From positions 928 through 64,927 of the forward strand of contig JAUCBJ010006317.1 of the NCBI GenBank assembly GCA_032718475.1: a stretch of 64,000 nt of DNA, written 5' to 3'. Position 1 is the stretch's first letter, and each line of letters starts with the position of its first letter. Below the pieces are notes generated by a model. The model made no database searches. It saw nothing but the letters and a program-made list of their open reading frames with translations, and was not told the DNA's origin. Source of the stretch: Nemertoderma westbladi (taxonomy: Eukaryota > Animalia > Xenacoelomorpha). The position numbers were made by a program, and so were the translations under genes. Below are positions 39,600 through 54,500 of this stretch, piece by piece.

Positions 39600-42500
39600 G
39601 GTAGGTCTGTGGGACTGGTGTAAACAAATAGCTGAGGTAGGTGAGTGGGACTGGTGTAAACAAATAGCTGAGGTAGGTGAGTGGGACTGGTGTAAACAAA
39701 TAGCTGAGGTAGGTGAGTGGAACTGGTGTAAACAAATAGCTGAGGTATATGAGTGGGACTGGTGTAAACAAATAGCTGAGGTAGGTGAGTGGGACTGGTG
39801 TAAACAAATAGCTGAGGTAGGTGAGTGGGACTGGTGTAAACAAATAGCTGAGGTAGGTGTGTGGGACTGGTGTAAACAAATAGCTGAGGTAGGTGAGTGG
39901 GACTGGTGTAAACAAATAGCCGAGGTAGGTGAGTGGGACTGGTGTAAACAAATAGCCGAGGTAGGTGAGTGGGACTGGTGTAAACAAATAGCTGAGGTAG
40001 GTGAGTGGGACTGGTGTAAACAAATAGCTGAGGTAGGTGAGTGGGACTGGTGTAAACAAATAGCTGAGGTAGGTGAGTGGGACTGGTGTAAACAAATAGC
40101 TGAGGTAGGTGAGTGGGACTGGTGTAAACAAATAGCTGAGGTAGGTGAGTGGGACTGGTGTAAACAAATAGCCGAGGTAGGTGAGTGGGACTGTTGTAAA
40201 CAAATAGCTGAGGTAGGTGAGTGGGACTGGTGTAAACAAATAGCTGAGGTAGGTGAGTGGGACTGGTGTAAACAAATAGCTGAGGTAGGTGAGTGGGACT
40301 GGTGTAAACAAATAGCCGAGGTAGGTGAGTGGGACTGTTGTAAACAAATAGCTGAGGTAGGTGAGTGGGACTGGTGTAAACAAATAGCTGAGGTAGGGGA
40401 GTGGGACTGGTGTAAACAAATAGCCGAGGTAGGTGAGTGGGACTGGTGTAAACAAATAGATGAGGTAGGTGAGTGGGACTGGTGTAAACAAATAGCTGAG
40501 GTAGGTGAGTGGGACTGGTGTAAACAAATAGCCGAGGTAGGTGTGTGGGACTGGTGTAAACAAATAGCCGAGGTAGGTGAGTGGGACTGGTGTAAACAAA
40601 TAGCCGAGGTAGGTGAGTGGGACTGGTGTAAACAAATAGCTGAGGTAGGTGAGTGGGACTGGTGTAAACAAATAGCCGAGGTAGGTGTGTGGGACTGGTG
40701 TAAACAAATAGCCGAGGTAGGTGAGTGGGACTGGTGTAAACAAATAGCCGAGGTAGGTGTGTAGGACTGGTGTAAACAAATAGCTGAGGTAGGTGAGTGG
40801 GACTGGTGTAAACAAATAGCTGAGGTAGGTGAGTGGGACTGGTGTAAACAAATAGCCGAGGTAGGTGTGTGGGACTGGTGTAAACAAATAGCTGAGGTAG
40901 GTGAGTGGGACTGGTGTAAACAAATAGCTGAGGTTGGTGAGTGGGACTGGTGTAAACAAATAGCTGAGGTAGGTGTGTGGGACTGGTGTAAACAAATAGC
41001 TGAGGTAGGTGAGTGGGACTGGTGTAAACAAATAGCCGAGGTAGGTGAGTGGGACTGGTGTAAACAAATAGCCGTGGTACAGTTAGTAGGTGAGTGGGAG
41101 TGGTGTAAACAAATAGTTGAGGTAGGTGAGTGGGAGTGGTGTAAACAAATAGCTGAGGTAGGTGAGTGGGAGTGGTGTAAACAAATAGCCGAGGTAGGTG
41201 TGTGGGACTGGTGTAAACAAATAGCTGAGGTAGGTGATTGGGACTGGTGTAAACAAATAGCTGAGGTAGGTGAGTGGGACTGGTGTAAACAAATAGCTGA
41301 GGTAGGTGAGTGGGACTGGTGTAAACAAATAGCTGAGGTAGGTGAGTGGGACTGGTGTAAACAAATAGCTGAGGTAGGTGAGTGGGACTGGTGTAAACAA
41401 ATAGCCGAGGTAGGTGTGTGGGACTGGTGTAGACAATTAGCCGAGGTAGGTGAGTGGGACTGGTGTAAACAAATAGCTGAGGTAGGTGAGTGGGACTGGT
41501 GTAAACAAATAGCTGAGGTAGGTGAGTGGGACTGGTGTAAACAAATAGCCGAGGTAGGTGAGTGGGACTGGTGTAAACAAATAGCTGAGGTAGGTGAGTG
41601 GGACTGGTGTAAACAAATAGCTGAGGTAGGTGAGTGGGACTGGTGTAAACAAATAGCCGAGGTAGGTGAGTGGGACTGGTGTAAACAAATAGCCGAGGTA
41701 CAGTTAGTAGGTGAGTGGGAGTGGTGTAAACAAATAGTTGAGGTAGGTGAGTGGGAGTGGTGTAAACAAATAGCTGAGGTAGGTGAGTGGGAGTGGTGTA
41801 AACAAATAGCCGAGGTAGGTGTGTGGGACTGGTGTAAACAAATAGCTGAGGTAGGTGATTGGGACTGGTGTAAACAAATAGCTGAGGTAGGTGAGTGGGA
41901 CTGGTGTAAACAAATAGCTGAGGTAGGTGAGTGGGACTGGTGTAAACAAATAGCCGAGGTAGGTGAGTGGGACTGGTGTAAACAAATAGCCGAGGTACAG
42001 TTAGTAGGTGAGTGGGAGTGGTGTAAACAAATAGCCGAGGTAGGTGTGTGGGACTGGTGTAGACAATTAGCCGAGGTAGGTGAGTGGGACTGGTGTAAAC
42101 AAATAGCTGAGGTAGGTGATTGGGACTGGTGTAAACAAATAGCTGAGGTAGGTGAGTGAGACTGGTGTAAACAAATAGCCGAGGTAGGTGTGTGGGATTG
42201 GTGTAAACAAATAGCCGAGGTAGGTGAGTGGGACTGGTGTAAACAAATAGCTGAGGTAGGTGAGTGGGACTGGTGTAAACAAATAGCTGATGTAGGTGAG
42301 TGGGACTGGTGTAAACAAATAGCTGAGGTAGGTGAGTGGGACTGGTGTAAACAAATAGCCGAGGTAGGTGAGTGGGACTGGTGTAAACAAATAGCTGAGG
42401 TAGGTGAGTGGGACTGGTGTAAACAAATAGCTGAGGTAGGTCTGTGGGACTGGTGTAAACAAATAGCTGAGGTAGGTGAGTGGGACTGGTGTAAACAAAT

Positions 42501-45500
42501 AGCTGAGGTAGGTGAGTGGGACTGGTGTAAACAAATAGCTGAGGTAGGTGAGTGGAACTGGTGTAAACAAATAGCTGAGGTATATGAGTGGGACTGGTGT
42601 AAACAAATAGCTGAGGTAGGTGAGTGGGACTGGTGTAAACAAATAGCTGAGGTAGGTGAGTGGGACTGGTGTAAACAAATAGCTGAGGTAGGTGTGTGGG
42701 ACTGGTGTAAACAAATAGCTGAGGTAGGTGAGTGGGACTGGTGTAAACAAATAGCTGAGGTAGGTGAGTGGAACTGGTGTAAACAAATAGCTGAGGTAGG
42801 TGAGTGGGACTGGTGTAAACAAATAGCTGAGGTAGGTGAGTGGGACTGGTGTAAACAAATAGCTGAGGTAGGTGAGTGGAACTGGTGTAAACAAATAGCT
42901 GAGGTATATGAGTGGGACTGGTGTAAACAAATAGCTGAGGTAGGTGAGTGGGACTGGTGTAAACAAATAGCTGAGGTAGGTGAGTGGGACTGGTGTAAAC
43001 AAATAGCTGAGGTAGGTGTGTGGGACTGGTGTAAACAAATAGCTGAGGTAGGTGAGTGGGACTGGTGTAAACAAATAGCCGAGGTAGGTGAGTGGGACTG
43101 GTGTAAACAAATAGCCGAGGTAGGTGAGTGGGACTGGTGTAAACAAATAGCTGAGGTAGGTGAGTGGGACTGGTGTAAACAAATAGCTGAGGTAGGTGAG
43201 TGGGACTGGTGTAAACAAATAGCTGAGGTAGGTGAGTGGGACTGGTGTAAACAAATAGCTGAGGTAGGTGAGTGGGACTGGTGTAAACAAATAGCTGAGG
43301 TAGGTGAGTGGGACTGGTGTAAACAAATAGCTGAGGTAGGTGAGTGGGACTGGTGTAAACAAATAGCCGAGGTAGGTGTGTGGGACTGGTGTAAACAAAT
43401 AGCTGAGGTAGGTGAGTGGGACTGGTGTAAACAAATAGCTGAGGTAGGTGAGTGGGACTGGTGTAAACAAATAGCTGAGGTAGGTGAGTGGGACTGGTGT
43501 AAACAAATAGCTGAGGTAGGTGAGTGGGACTGGTGTAAACAAATAGCTGAGGTAGGTGAGTGGGACTGGTGTAAACAAATAGCTGAGGTAGGTGAGTGGG
43601 ACTGGTGTAAACAAATAGCTGAGGTAGGTCTGTGGGACTGGTGTAAACAAATAGCTGAGGTAGGTGAGTGGGACTGGTGTAAACAAATAGCTGAGGTAGG
43701 TGAGTGGGACTGGTGTAAACAAATAGCTGAGGTAGGTGAGTGGAACTGGTGTAAACAAATAGCTGAGGTATATGAGTGGGACTGGTGTAAACAAATAGCT
43801 GAGGTAGGTGAGTGGGACTGGTGTAAACAAATAGCTGAGGTAGGTGAGTGGGACTGGTGTAAACAAATAGCTGAGGTAGGTGTGTGGGACTGGTGTAAAC
43901 AAATAGCTGAGGTAGGTGAGTGGGACTGGTGTAAACAAATAGCCGAGGTAGGTGAGTGGGACTGGTGTAAACAAATAGCCGAGGTAGGTGAGTGGGACTG
44001 GTGTAAACAAATAGCTGAGGTAGGTGAGTGGGACTGGTGTAAACAAATAGCTGAGGTAGGTGAGTGGGACTGGTGTAAACAAATAGCTGAGGTAGGTGAG
44101 TGGGACTGGTGTAAACAAATAGCTGAGGTAGGTGAGTGGGACTGGTGTAAACAAATAGCTGAGGTAGGTGAGTGGGACTGGTGTAAACAAATAGCCGAGG
44201 TAGGTGAGTGGGACTGTTGTAAACAAATAGCTGAGGTAGGTGAGTGGGACTGGTGTAAACAAATAGCTGAGGTAGGTGAGTGGGACTGGTGTAAACAAAT
44301 AGCTGAGGTAGGTGAGTGGGACTGGTGTAAACAAATAGCCGAGGTAGGTGAGTGGGACTGGTGTAAACAAATAGATGAGGTAGGTGAGTGGGACTGGTGT
44401 AAACAAATAGCTGAGGTAGGTGAGTGGGACTGGTGTAAACAAATAGCCGAGGTAGGTGTGTGGGACTGGTGTAAACAAATAGCCGAGGTAGGTGAGTGGG
44501 ACTGGTGTAAACAAATAGCCGAGGTAGGTGAGTGGGACTGGTGTAAACAAATAGCTGAGGTAGGTGAGTGGGACTGGTGTAAACAAATAGCCGAGGTAGG
44601 TGTGTGGGACTGGTGTAAACAAATAGCCGAGGTAGGTGAGTGGGACTGGTGTAAACAAATAGCCGAGGTAGGTGTGTAGGACTGGTGTAAACAAATAGCT
44701 GAGGTAGGTGAGTGGGACTGGTGTAAACAAATAGCTGAGGTAGGTGAGTGGGACTGGTGTAAACAAATAGCCGAGGTAGGTGTGTGGGACTGGTGTAAAC
44801 AAATAGCTGAGGTAGGTGAGTGGGACTGGTGTAAACAAATAGCTGAGGTTGGTGAGTGGGACTGGTGTAAACAAATAGCTGAGGTAGGTGTGTGGGACTG
44901 GTGTAAACAAATAGCTGAGGTAGGTGAGTGGGACTGGTGTAAACAAATAGCCGAGGTAGGTGAGTGGGACTGGTGTAAACAAATAGCCGAGGTACAGTTA
45001 GTAGGTGAGTGGGAGTGGTGTAAACAAATAGTTGAGGTAGGTGAGTGGGAGTGGTGTAAACAAATAGCTGAGGTAGGTGAGTGGGAGTGGTGTAAACAAA
45101 TAGCCGAGGTAGGTGATTGGGACTGGTGTAAACAAATAGCTGAGGTAGGTGAGTGGGACTGGTGTAAACAAATAGCTGAGGTAGGTGAGTGGGACTGGTG
45201 TAAACAAATAGCTGAGGTAGGTGAGTGGGACTGGTGTAAACAAATAGCTGAGGTAGGTGAGTGGGACTGGTGTAAACAAATAGCCGAGGTAGGTGTGTGG
45301 GACTGGTGTAGACAATTAGCCGAGGTAGGTGAGTGGGACTGGTGTAAACAAATAGCTGAGGTAGGTGAGTGGGACTGGTGTAAACAAATAGCTGAGGTAG
45401 GTGAGTGGGACTGGTGTAAACAAATAGCCGAGGTAGGTGAGTGGGACTGGTGTAAACAAATAGCTGAGGTAGGTGAGTGGGACTGGTGTAAACAAATAGC

Positions 45501-48500
45501 TGAGGTAGGTGAGTGGGACTGGTGTAAACAAATAGCCGAGGTAGGTGAGTGGGACTGGTGTAAACAAATAGCCGAGGTACAGTTAGTAGGTGAGTGGGAG
45601 TGGTGTAAACAAATAGTTGAGGTAGGTGAGTGGGAGTGGTGTAAACAAATAGCTGAGGTAGGTGAGTGGGAGTGGTGTAAACAAATAGCCGAGGTAGGTG
45701 TGTGGGACTGGTGTAAACAAATAGCTGAGGTAGGTGATTGGGACTGGTGTAAACAAATAGCTGAGGTAGGTGAGTGGGACTGGTGTAAACAAATAGCTGA
45801 GGTAGGTGAGTGGGACTGGTGTAAACAAATAGCCGAGGTAGGTGAGTGGGACTGGTGTAAACAAATAGCCGAGGTACAGTTAGTAGGTGAGTGGGAGTGG
45901 TGTAAACAAATAGCCGAGGTAGGTGTGTGGGACTGGTGTAGACAATTAGCCGAGGTAGGTGAGTGGGACTGGTGTAAACAAATAGCTGAGGTAGGTGATT
46001 GGGACTGGTGTAAACAAATAGCTGAGGTAGGTGAGTGGGACTGGTGTAAACAAATAGCCGAGGTAGGTGTGTGGGATTGGTGTAAACAAATAGCCGAGGA
46101 AGGTGAGTGGGACTGGTGTAAACAAATAGCTGAGGTAGGTGAGTGGGACTGGTGTAAACAAATAGCTGAGGTAGGTGAGTGGGACTGGTGTAAACAAATA
46201 GCTGAGGTAGGTGAGTGGGACTGGTGTAAACAAATAGCCGAGGTAGGTGAGTGGGACTGGTGTAAACAAATAGCTGAGGTAGGTGAGTGGGACTGGTGTA
46301 AACAAATAGCTGAGGTAGGTCTGTGGGACTGGTGTAAACAAATAGCTGAGGTAGGTGAGTGGGACTGGTGTAAACAAATAGCTGAGGTAGGTGAGTGGGA
46401 CTGGTGTAAACAAATAGCTGAGGTAGGTGAGTGGAACTGGTGTAAACAAATAGCTGAGGTATATGAGTGGGACTGGTGTAAACAAATAGCTGAGGTAGGT
46501 GAGTGGGACTGGTGTAAACAAATAGCTGAGGTAGGTGAGTGGGACTGGTGTAAACAAATAGCTGAGGTAGGTGTGTGGGACTGGTGTAAACAAATAGCTG
46601 AGGTAGGTGAGTGGGACTGGTGTAAACAAATAGCCGAGGTAGGTGAGTGGGACTGGTGTAAACAAATAGCCGAGGTAGGTGAGTGGGACTGGTGTAAACA
46701 AATAGCTGAGGTAGGTGAGTGGGACTGGTGTAAACAAATAGCTGAGGTAGGTGAGTGGGACTGGTGTAAACAAATAGCTGAGGTAGGTGAGTGGGACTGG
46801 TGTAAACAAATAGCTGAGGTAGGTGAGTGGGACTGGTGTAAACAAATAGCTGAGGTAGGTGAGTGGGACTGGTGTAAACAAATAGCTGAGGTAGGTGAGT
46901 GGGACTGGTGTAAACAAATAGCTGAGGTAGGTGTGTGGGACTGGTGTAAACAAATAGCCGAGGTAGGTGAGTGGGACTGTTGTAAACAAATAGCTGAGGT
47001 AGGTGTGTGGGACTGGTGTAAACAAATAGCCGAGGTAGGTGAGTGGGACTGGTGTAAACAAATAGCTGAGGTAGGTGAGTGGGACTGGTGTAAACAAATA
47101 GCTGAGGTAGGTGTGTGGGACTGGTGTAAACAAATAGCCGAGGTAGGTGAGTGGGACTGGTGTAAACAAATAGCTGAGGTAGGTGTGTGGGACTGGTGTA
47201 AACAAATAGCCGAGGTAGGTGAGTGGGACTGGTGTAAACAAATAGCTGAGGTAGGTGTGTGGGACTGGTGTAAACAAATAGCCGAGGTAGGTGAGTGGGA
47301 CTGTTGTAAACAAATAGCTGAGGTAGGTGAGTGGGTTTGGTGTAAACAAATAGCTGAGGTAGGTGAGTGGGACTGGTGTAAACAAATAGCTGAGGTAGGT
47401 GAGTGGGACTGGTGTAAACAAATAGCCGAGGTAGGTGAGTGGGACTGTTGTAAACAAATAGCTGAGGTAGGTGAGTGGGACTGGTGTAAACAAATAGCTG
47501 AGGTAGGGGAGTGGGACTGGTGTAAACAAATAGCCGAGGTAGGTGAGTGGGACTGGTGTAAACAAATAGATGAGGTAGGTGAGTGGGACTGGTGTAAACA
47601 AATAGCTGAGGTAGGTGAGTGGGACTGGTGTAAACAAATAGCTGAGGTAGGTGTGTGGGACTGGTGTAAACAAATAGCTGAGGTAGGTGAGTGGGACTGG
47701 TGTAAACAAATAGCTGAGGTAGGGGAGTGGGACTGGTGTAAACAAATAGCCGAGGTAGGTGAGTGGGACTGGTGTAAACAAATAGCCGAGGTAGGTGAGT
47801 GGGACTGGTGTAAACAAATAGCTGAGGTAGGTGAGTGGGACTGGTGTAAACAAATAGCTGAGGTAGGTGAGTGGGACTGGTGTAAACAAATAGCCGAGGT
47901 AGGTGTGTGGGACTGGTGTAAACAAATAGCCGAGGTAGGTGAGTGGGACTGGTGTAAACAAATAGCCGAGGTAGGTGAGTGGGACTGGTGTAAACAAATA
48001 GCTGAGGTAGGTGAGTGGGACTGGTGTAAACAAATAGCCGAGGTAGGTGTGTGGGACTGGTGTAAACAAATAGCCGAGGTAGGTGAGTGGGACTGGTGTA
48101 AACAAATAGCCGAGGTAGGTGTGTAGGACTGGTGTAAACAAATAGCTGAGGTAGGTGAGTGGGACTGGTGTAAACAAATAGCTGAGGTAGGTGAGTGGGA
48201 CTGGTGTAAACAAATAGCCGAGGTAGGTGTGTGGGACTGGTGTAAACAAATAGCTGAGGTAGGTGAGTGGGACTGGTGTAAACAAATAGCTGAGGTAGGT
48301 GAGTGGGACTGGTGTAAACAAATAGCCGAGGTAGGTGAGTGGGACTGGTGTAAACAAATAGCCGAGGTACAGTTAGTAGGTGAGTGGGAGTGGTGTAAAC
48401 AAATAGTTGAGGTAGGTGAGTGGGAGTGGTGTAAACAAATAGCTGAGGTAGGTGAGTGGGAGTGGTGTAAACAAATAGTTGAGGTAGGTGAGTGGGAGTG

Positions 48501-51500
48501 GTGTAAACAAATAGCTGAGGTAGGTGAGTGGGAGTGGTGTAAACAAATAGCCGAGGTAGGTGTGTGGGACTGGTGTAAACAAATAGCTGAGGTAGGTGAT
48601 TGGGACTGGTGTAAACAAATAGCTGAGGTAGGTGAGTGGGACTGGTGTAAACAAATAGCTGAGGTAGGTGAGTGGGACTGATGTAAACAAATAGCTGAGG
48701 TAGGTGAGTGGGACTGGTGTAAACAAATAGCTGAGGTAGGTGAGTGGGAATGGTGTAAACAAATAGCTGAGGTAGGTGAGTGGGACTGGTGTAAACAAAT
48801 AGCTGAGGTAGGTGTGTGGGATTGGTGTAAACAAATAGCTGAGGTAGGTGAGTGGGACTGGTGTAAACAAATAGCCGAGGTAGGTGAGTGGGACTGTTGT
48901 AAACAAATAGCTGAGGTAGGTGAGTGGGACTGGTGTAAACAAATAGCTGAGGTAGGTGAGTGGGACTGGTGTAAACAAATAGCTGAGGTAGGTGAGTGGG
49001 ACTGGTGTAAACAAATAGCCGAGGTAGGTGAGTGGGACTGGTGTAAACAAATAGCTGAGGTAGGTGTGTGGGACTGGTGTAAACAAATAGCTGAGGTAGG
49101 TGAGTGGGACTGGTGTAAACAAATAGCCGAGGTAGGTGAGTGGGACTGTTGTAAACAAATAGCTGAGGTAGGTGAGTGGGACTGGTGTAAACAAATAGCT
49201 GAGGTAGGTGAGTGGGACTGGTGTAAACAAATAGCTGAGGTAGGTGAGTGGGACTGGTGTAAACAAATAGCCGAGGTAGGTGAGTGGGACTGGTGTAAAC
49301 AAATAGCCGAGGTAGGTGAGTGGGACTGGTGTAAACAAATAGCTGAGGTAGGTGAGTGGGACTGGTGTAAACAAATAGCTGAGGTAGGTGAGTGGGACTG
49401 GTGTAAACAAATAGCCGAGGTAGGTGAGTGGGACTGGTGTAAACAAATAGCTGAGGTAGGTGAGTGGGACTGGTGTAAACAAATAGCCGAGGTAGGTGAG
49501 TGGGACTGTTGTAAACAAATAGCTGAGGTAGGTGAGTGGGACTGGTGTAAACAAATAGCTGAGGTAGGGGAGTGGGACTGGTGTAAACAAATAGCCGAGG
49601 TAGGTGAGTGGGACTGGTGTAAACAAATAGATGAGGTAGGTGAGTGGGACTGGTGTAAACAAATAGCTGAGGTAGGTGAGTGGGACTGGTGTAAACAAAT
49701 AGCCGAGGTAGGTGTGTGGGACTGGTGTAAACAAATAGCCGAGGTAGGTGAGTGGGACTGGTGTAAACAAATAGCCGAGGTAGGTGAGTGGGACTGGTGT
49801 AAACAAATAGCTGAGGTAGGTGAGTGGGACTGGTGTAAACAAATAGCCGAGGTAGGTGTGTGGGACTGGTGTAAACAAATAGCCGAGGTAGGTGAGTGGG
49901 ACTGGTGTAAACAAATAGCCGAGGTAGGTGTGTAGGACTGGTGTAAACAAATAGCTGAGGTAGGTGAGTGGGACTGGTGTAAACAAATAGCTGAGGTAGG
50001 TGAGTGGGACTGGTGTAAACAAATAGCCGAGGTAGGTGTGTGGGACTGGTGTAAACAAATAGCTGAGGTAGGTGAGTGGGACTGGTGTAAACAAATAGCT
50101 GAGGTAGGTGAGTGGGACTGGTGTAAACAAATAGCCGAGGTAGGTGAGTGGGACTGGTGTAAACAAATAGCCGAGGTACAGTTAGTAGGTGAGTGGGAGT
50201 GGTGTAAACAAATAGTTGAGGTAGGTGAGTGGGAGTGGTGTAAACAAATAGCTGAGGTAGGTGAGTGGGAGTGGTGTAAACAAATAGCCGAGGTAGGTGT
50301 GTGGGACTGGTGTAAACAAATAGCTGAGGTAGGTGATTGGGACTGGTGTAAACAAATAGCTGAGGTAGGTGAGTGGGACTGGTGTAAACAAATAGCTGAG
50401 GTAGGTGAGTGGGACTGGTGTAAACAAATAGCTGAGGTAGGTGAGTGGGACTGGTGTAAACAAATAGCTGAGGTAGGTGAGTGGGACTGGTGTAAACAAA
50501 TAGCCGAGGTAGGTGTGTGGGACTGGTGTAGACAATTAGCCGAGGTAGGTGAGTGGGACTGGTGTAAACAAATAGCTGAGGTAGGTGAGTGGGACTGGTG
50601 TAAACAAATAGCTGAGGTAGGTGAGTGGGACTGGTGAAAACAAATAGCCGAGGTAGGTGAGTGGGACTGGTGTAAACAAATAGCTGAGGTAGGTGAGTGG
50701 GACTGGTGTAAACAAATAGCTGAGGTAGGTGAGTGGGACTGGTGTAAACAAATAGCCGAGGTAGGTGAGTGGGACTGGTGTAAACAAATAGCCGAGGTAC
50801 AGTTAGTAGGTGAGTGGGAGTGGTGTAAACAAATAGTTGAGGTAGGTGAGTGGGAGTGGTGTAAACAAATAGCTGAGGTAGGTGAGTGGGAGTGGTGTAA
50901 ACAAATAGCCGAGGTAGGTGTGTGGGACTGGTGTAAACAAATAGCTGAGGTAGGTGATTGGGACTGGTGTAAACAAATAGCTGAGGTAGGTGAGTGGGAC
51001 TGGTGTAAACAAATAGCTGAGGTAGGTGAGTGGGACTGGTGTAAACAAATAGCCGAGGTAGGTGAGTGGGACTGGTGTAAACAAATAGCCGAGGTACAGT
51101 TAGTAGGTGAGTGGGAGTGGTGTAAACAAATAGCCGAGGTAGGTGTGTGGGACTGGTGTAGACAATTAGCCGAGGTAGGTGAGTGGGACTGGTGTAAACA
51201 AATAGCTGAGGTAGGTGATTGGGACTGGTGTAAACAAATAGCTGAGGTAGGTGAGTGGGACTGGTGTAAACAAATAGCTGAGGTAGGTGAGTGGGACTGG
51301 TGTAAACAAATAGCCGAGGTAGGTGAGTGGGACTGGTGTAAACAAATAGCTGAGGTAGGTGAGTGGGACTGGTGTAAACAAATAGCTGAGGTAGGTGAGT
51401 GGGACTGGTGTAAACAAATAGCCGAGGTAGGTGAGTGGGACTGGTGTAAACAAATAGCCGAGGTAGGTGAGTGGGACTGGTGTAAACAAATAGCCGAGGT

Positions 51501-54500
51501 AGGTGAGTGGGACTGGTGTAAACAAATAGCTGAGGTAGGTGAGTGGGACTGGTGTAAACAAATAGCCGAGGTAGGTGTGTGGGACTGGTGTAAACAAATA
51601 GCCGAGGTAGGTGAGTGGGACTGGTGTAAACAAATAGCCGAGGTAGGTGAGTAGGACTGGTGTAAACAAATAGCTGAGGTAGGTGAGTGGGACTGGTGTA
51701 AACAAATAGCTGAGGTAGGTGAGTGGGACTGGTGTAAACAAATAGCTGAGGTAGGTGTGTGGGACTGGTGTAAACAAATAGCTGAGGTAGGTGAGTGGGA
51801 CTGGTGTAAACAAATAGCTGAGGTAGGTGAGTGGGACTGGTGTAAACAAATAGCCGAGGTAGGTGAGTGGGACTGGTGTAAACAAATAGCCGAGGTACAG
51901 TTAGTAGGTGAGTGGGAGTGGTGTAAACAAATAGTTGAGGTAGGTGAGTGGGAGTGGTGTAAACAAATAGCTGAGGTAGGTGAGTGGGAGTGGTGTAAAC
52001 AAATAGCCGAGGTAGGTGTGTGGGACTGGTGTAAACAAATAGCTGAGGTAGGTGATTGGGACTGGTGTAAACAAATAGCTGAGGTAGGTGAGTGGGACTG
52101 GTGTAAACAAATAGCTGAGGTAGGTGAGTGGGACTGGTGTAAACAAATAGCTGAGGTAGGTGAGTGGGACTGGTGTAAACAAATAGCTGAGGTAGGTGAG
52201 TGGGACTGGTGTAAACAAATAGCCGAGGTAGGTGTGTGGGACTGGTGTAGACAATTAGCCGAGGTAGGTGAGTGGGACTGGTGTAAACAAATAGCTGAGG
52301 TAGGTGAGTGGGACTGGTGTAAACAAATAGCTGAGGTAGGTGAGTGGGACTGGTGTAAACAAATAGCCGAGGTAGGTGAGTGGGACTGGTGTAAACAAAT
52401 AGCTGAGGTAGGTGAGTGGGACTGGTGTAAACAAATAGCTGAGGTAGGTGAGTGGGACTGGTGTAAACAAATAGCCGAGGTAGGTGAGTGGGACTGGTGT
52501 AAACAAATAGCCGAGGTACAGTTAGTAGGTGAGTGGGAGTGGTGTAAACAAATAGTTGAGGTAGGTGAGTGGGAGTGGTGTAAACAAATAGCTGAGGTAG
52601 GTGAGTGGGAGTGGTGTAAACAAATAGCCGAGGTAGGTGTGTGGGACTGGTGTAAACAAATAGCTGAGGTAGGTGATTGGGACTGGTGTAAACAAATAGC
52701 TGAGGTAGGTGAGTGGGACTGGTGTAAACAAATAGCTGAGGTAGGTGAGTGGGACTGGTGTAAACAAATAGCCGAGGTAGGTGAGTGGGACTGGTGTAAA
52801 CAAATATCCGAGGTACAGTTAGTAGGTGAGTGGGAGTGGTGTAAACAAATAGCCGAGGTAGGTGTGTGGGACTGGTGTAGACAATTAGCCGAGGTAGGTG
52901 AGTGGGACTGGTGTAAACAAATAGCTGAGGTAGGTGATTGGGACTGGTGTAAACAAATAGCTGAGGTAGGTGAGTGGGACTGGTGTAAACAAATAGCCGA
53001 GGTAGGTGTGTGGGATTGGTGTAAACAAATAGCCGAGGTAGGTGAGTGGGACTGGTGTAAACAAATAGCTGAGGTAGGTGAGTGGGACTGGTGTAAACAA
53101 ATAGCTGAGGTAGGTGAGTGGGACTGGTGTAAACAAATAGCTGAGGTAGGTGAGTGGGACTGGTGTAAACAAATAGCCGAGGTAGGTGAGTGGGACTGGT
53201 GTAAACAAATAGCTGAGGTAGGTGAGTGGGACTGGTGTAAACAAATAGCTGAGGTAGGTCTGTGGGACTGGTGTAAACAAATAGCTGAGGTAGGTGAGTG
53301 GGACTGGTGTAAACAAATAGCTGAGGTAGGTGAGTGGGACTGGTGTAAACAAATAGCTGAGGTAGGTGAGTGGAACTGGTGTAAACAAATAGCTGAGGTA
53401 TATGAGTGGGACTGGTGTAAACAAATAGCTGAGGTAGGTGAGTGGGACTGGTGTAAACAAATAGCTGAGGTAGGTGAGTGGGACTGGTGTAAACAAATAG
53501 CTGAGGTAGGTGTGTGGGACTGGTGTAAACAAATAGCTGAGGTAGGTGAGTGGGACTGGTGTAAACAAATAGCCGAGGTAGGTGAGTGGGACTGGTGTAA
53601 ACAAATAGCCGAGGTAGGTGAGTGGGACTGGTGTAAACAAATAGCTGAGGTAGGTGAGTGGGACTGGTGTAAACAAATAGCTGAGGTAGGTGAGTGGGAC
53701 TGGTGTAAACAAATAGCTGAGGTAGGTGAGTGGGACTGGTGTAAACAAATAGCTGAGGTAGGTGAGTGGGACTGGTGTAAACAAATAGCTGAGGTAGGTG
53801 AGTGGGACTGGTGTAAACAAATAGCCGAGGTAGGTGAGTGGGACTGGTGTAAACAAATAGCTGAGGTAGGTGAGTGGGACTGGTGTAAACAAATAGCTGA
53901 GGTAGGTGAGTGGGACTGGTGTAAACAAATAGCTGAGGTAGGTGAGTGGGACTGGTGTAAACAAATAGCCGAGGTAGGTGAGTGGGACTGGTGTAAACAA
54001 ATAGCTGAGGTAGGTGAGTGGGACTGGTGTAAACAAATAGCTGAGGTAGGTGAGTGGGACTGGTGTAAACAAATAGCCGAGGTAGGTGAGTGGGACTGGT
54101 GTAAACAAATAGCTGAGGTAGGTGAGTGGGACTGGTGTAAACAAATAGCTGAGGTAGGTGAGTGGGACTGGTGTAAACAAATAGCCGAGGTAGGTGAGTG
54201 GGACTGGTGTAAACAAATAGCCGAGGTAGGTGAGTGGGACTGGTGTAAACAAATAGCTGAGGTAGGTGAGTGGGACTGGTGTAAACAAATAGCTGAGGTA
54301 GGTGAGTGGGACTGGTGTAAACAAATAGCCGAGGTAGGTGTGTGGGACTGGTGTAAACAAATAGCCGAGGTAGGTGAGTGGGACTGGTGTAAACAAATAG
54401 CCGAGGTAGGTGAGTGGGACTGGTGTAAACAAATAGCTGAGGTAGGTGAGTGGGACTGGTGTAAACAAATAGCTGAGGTAGGTGAGTGGGACTGGTGTAA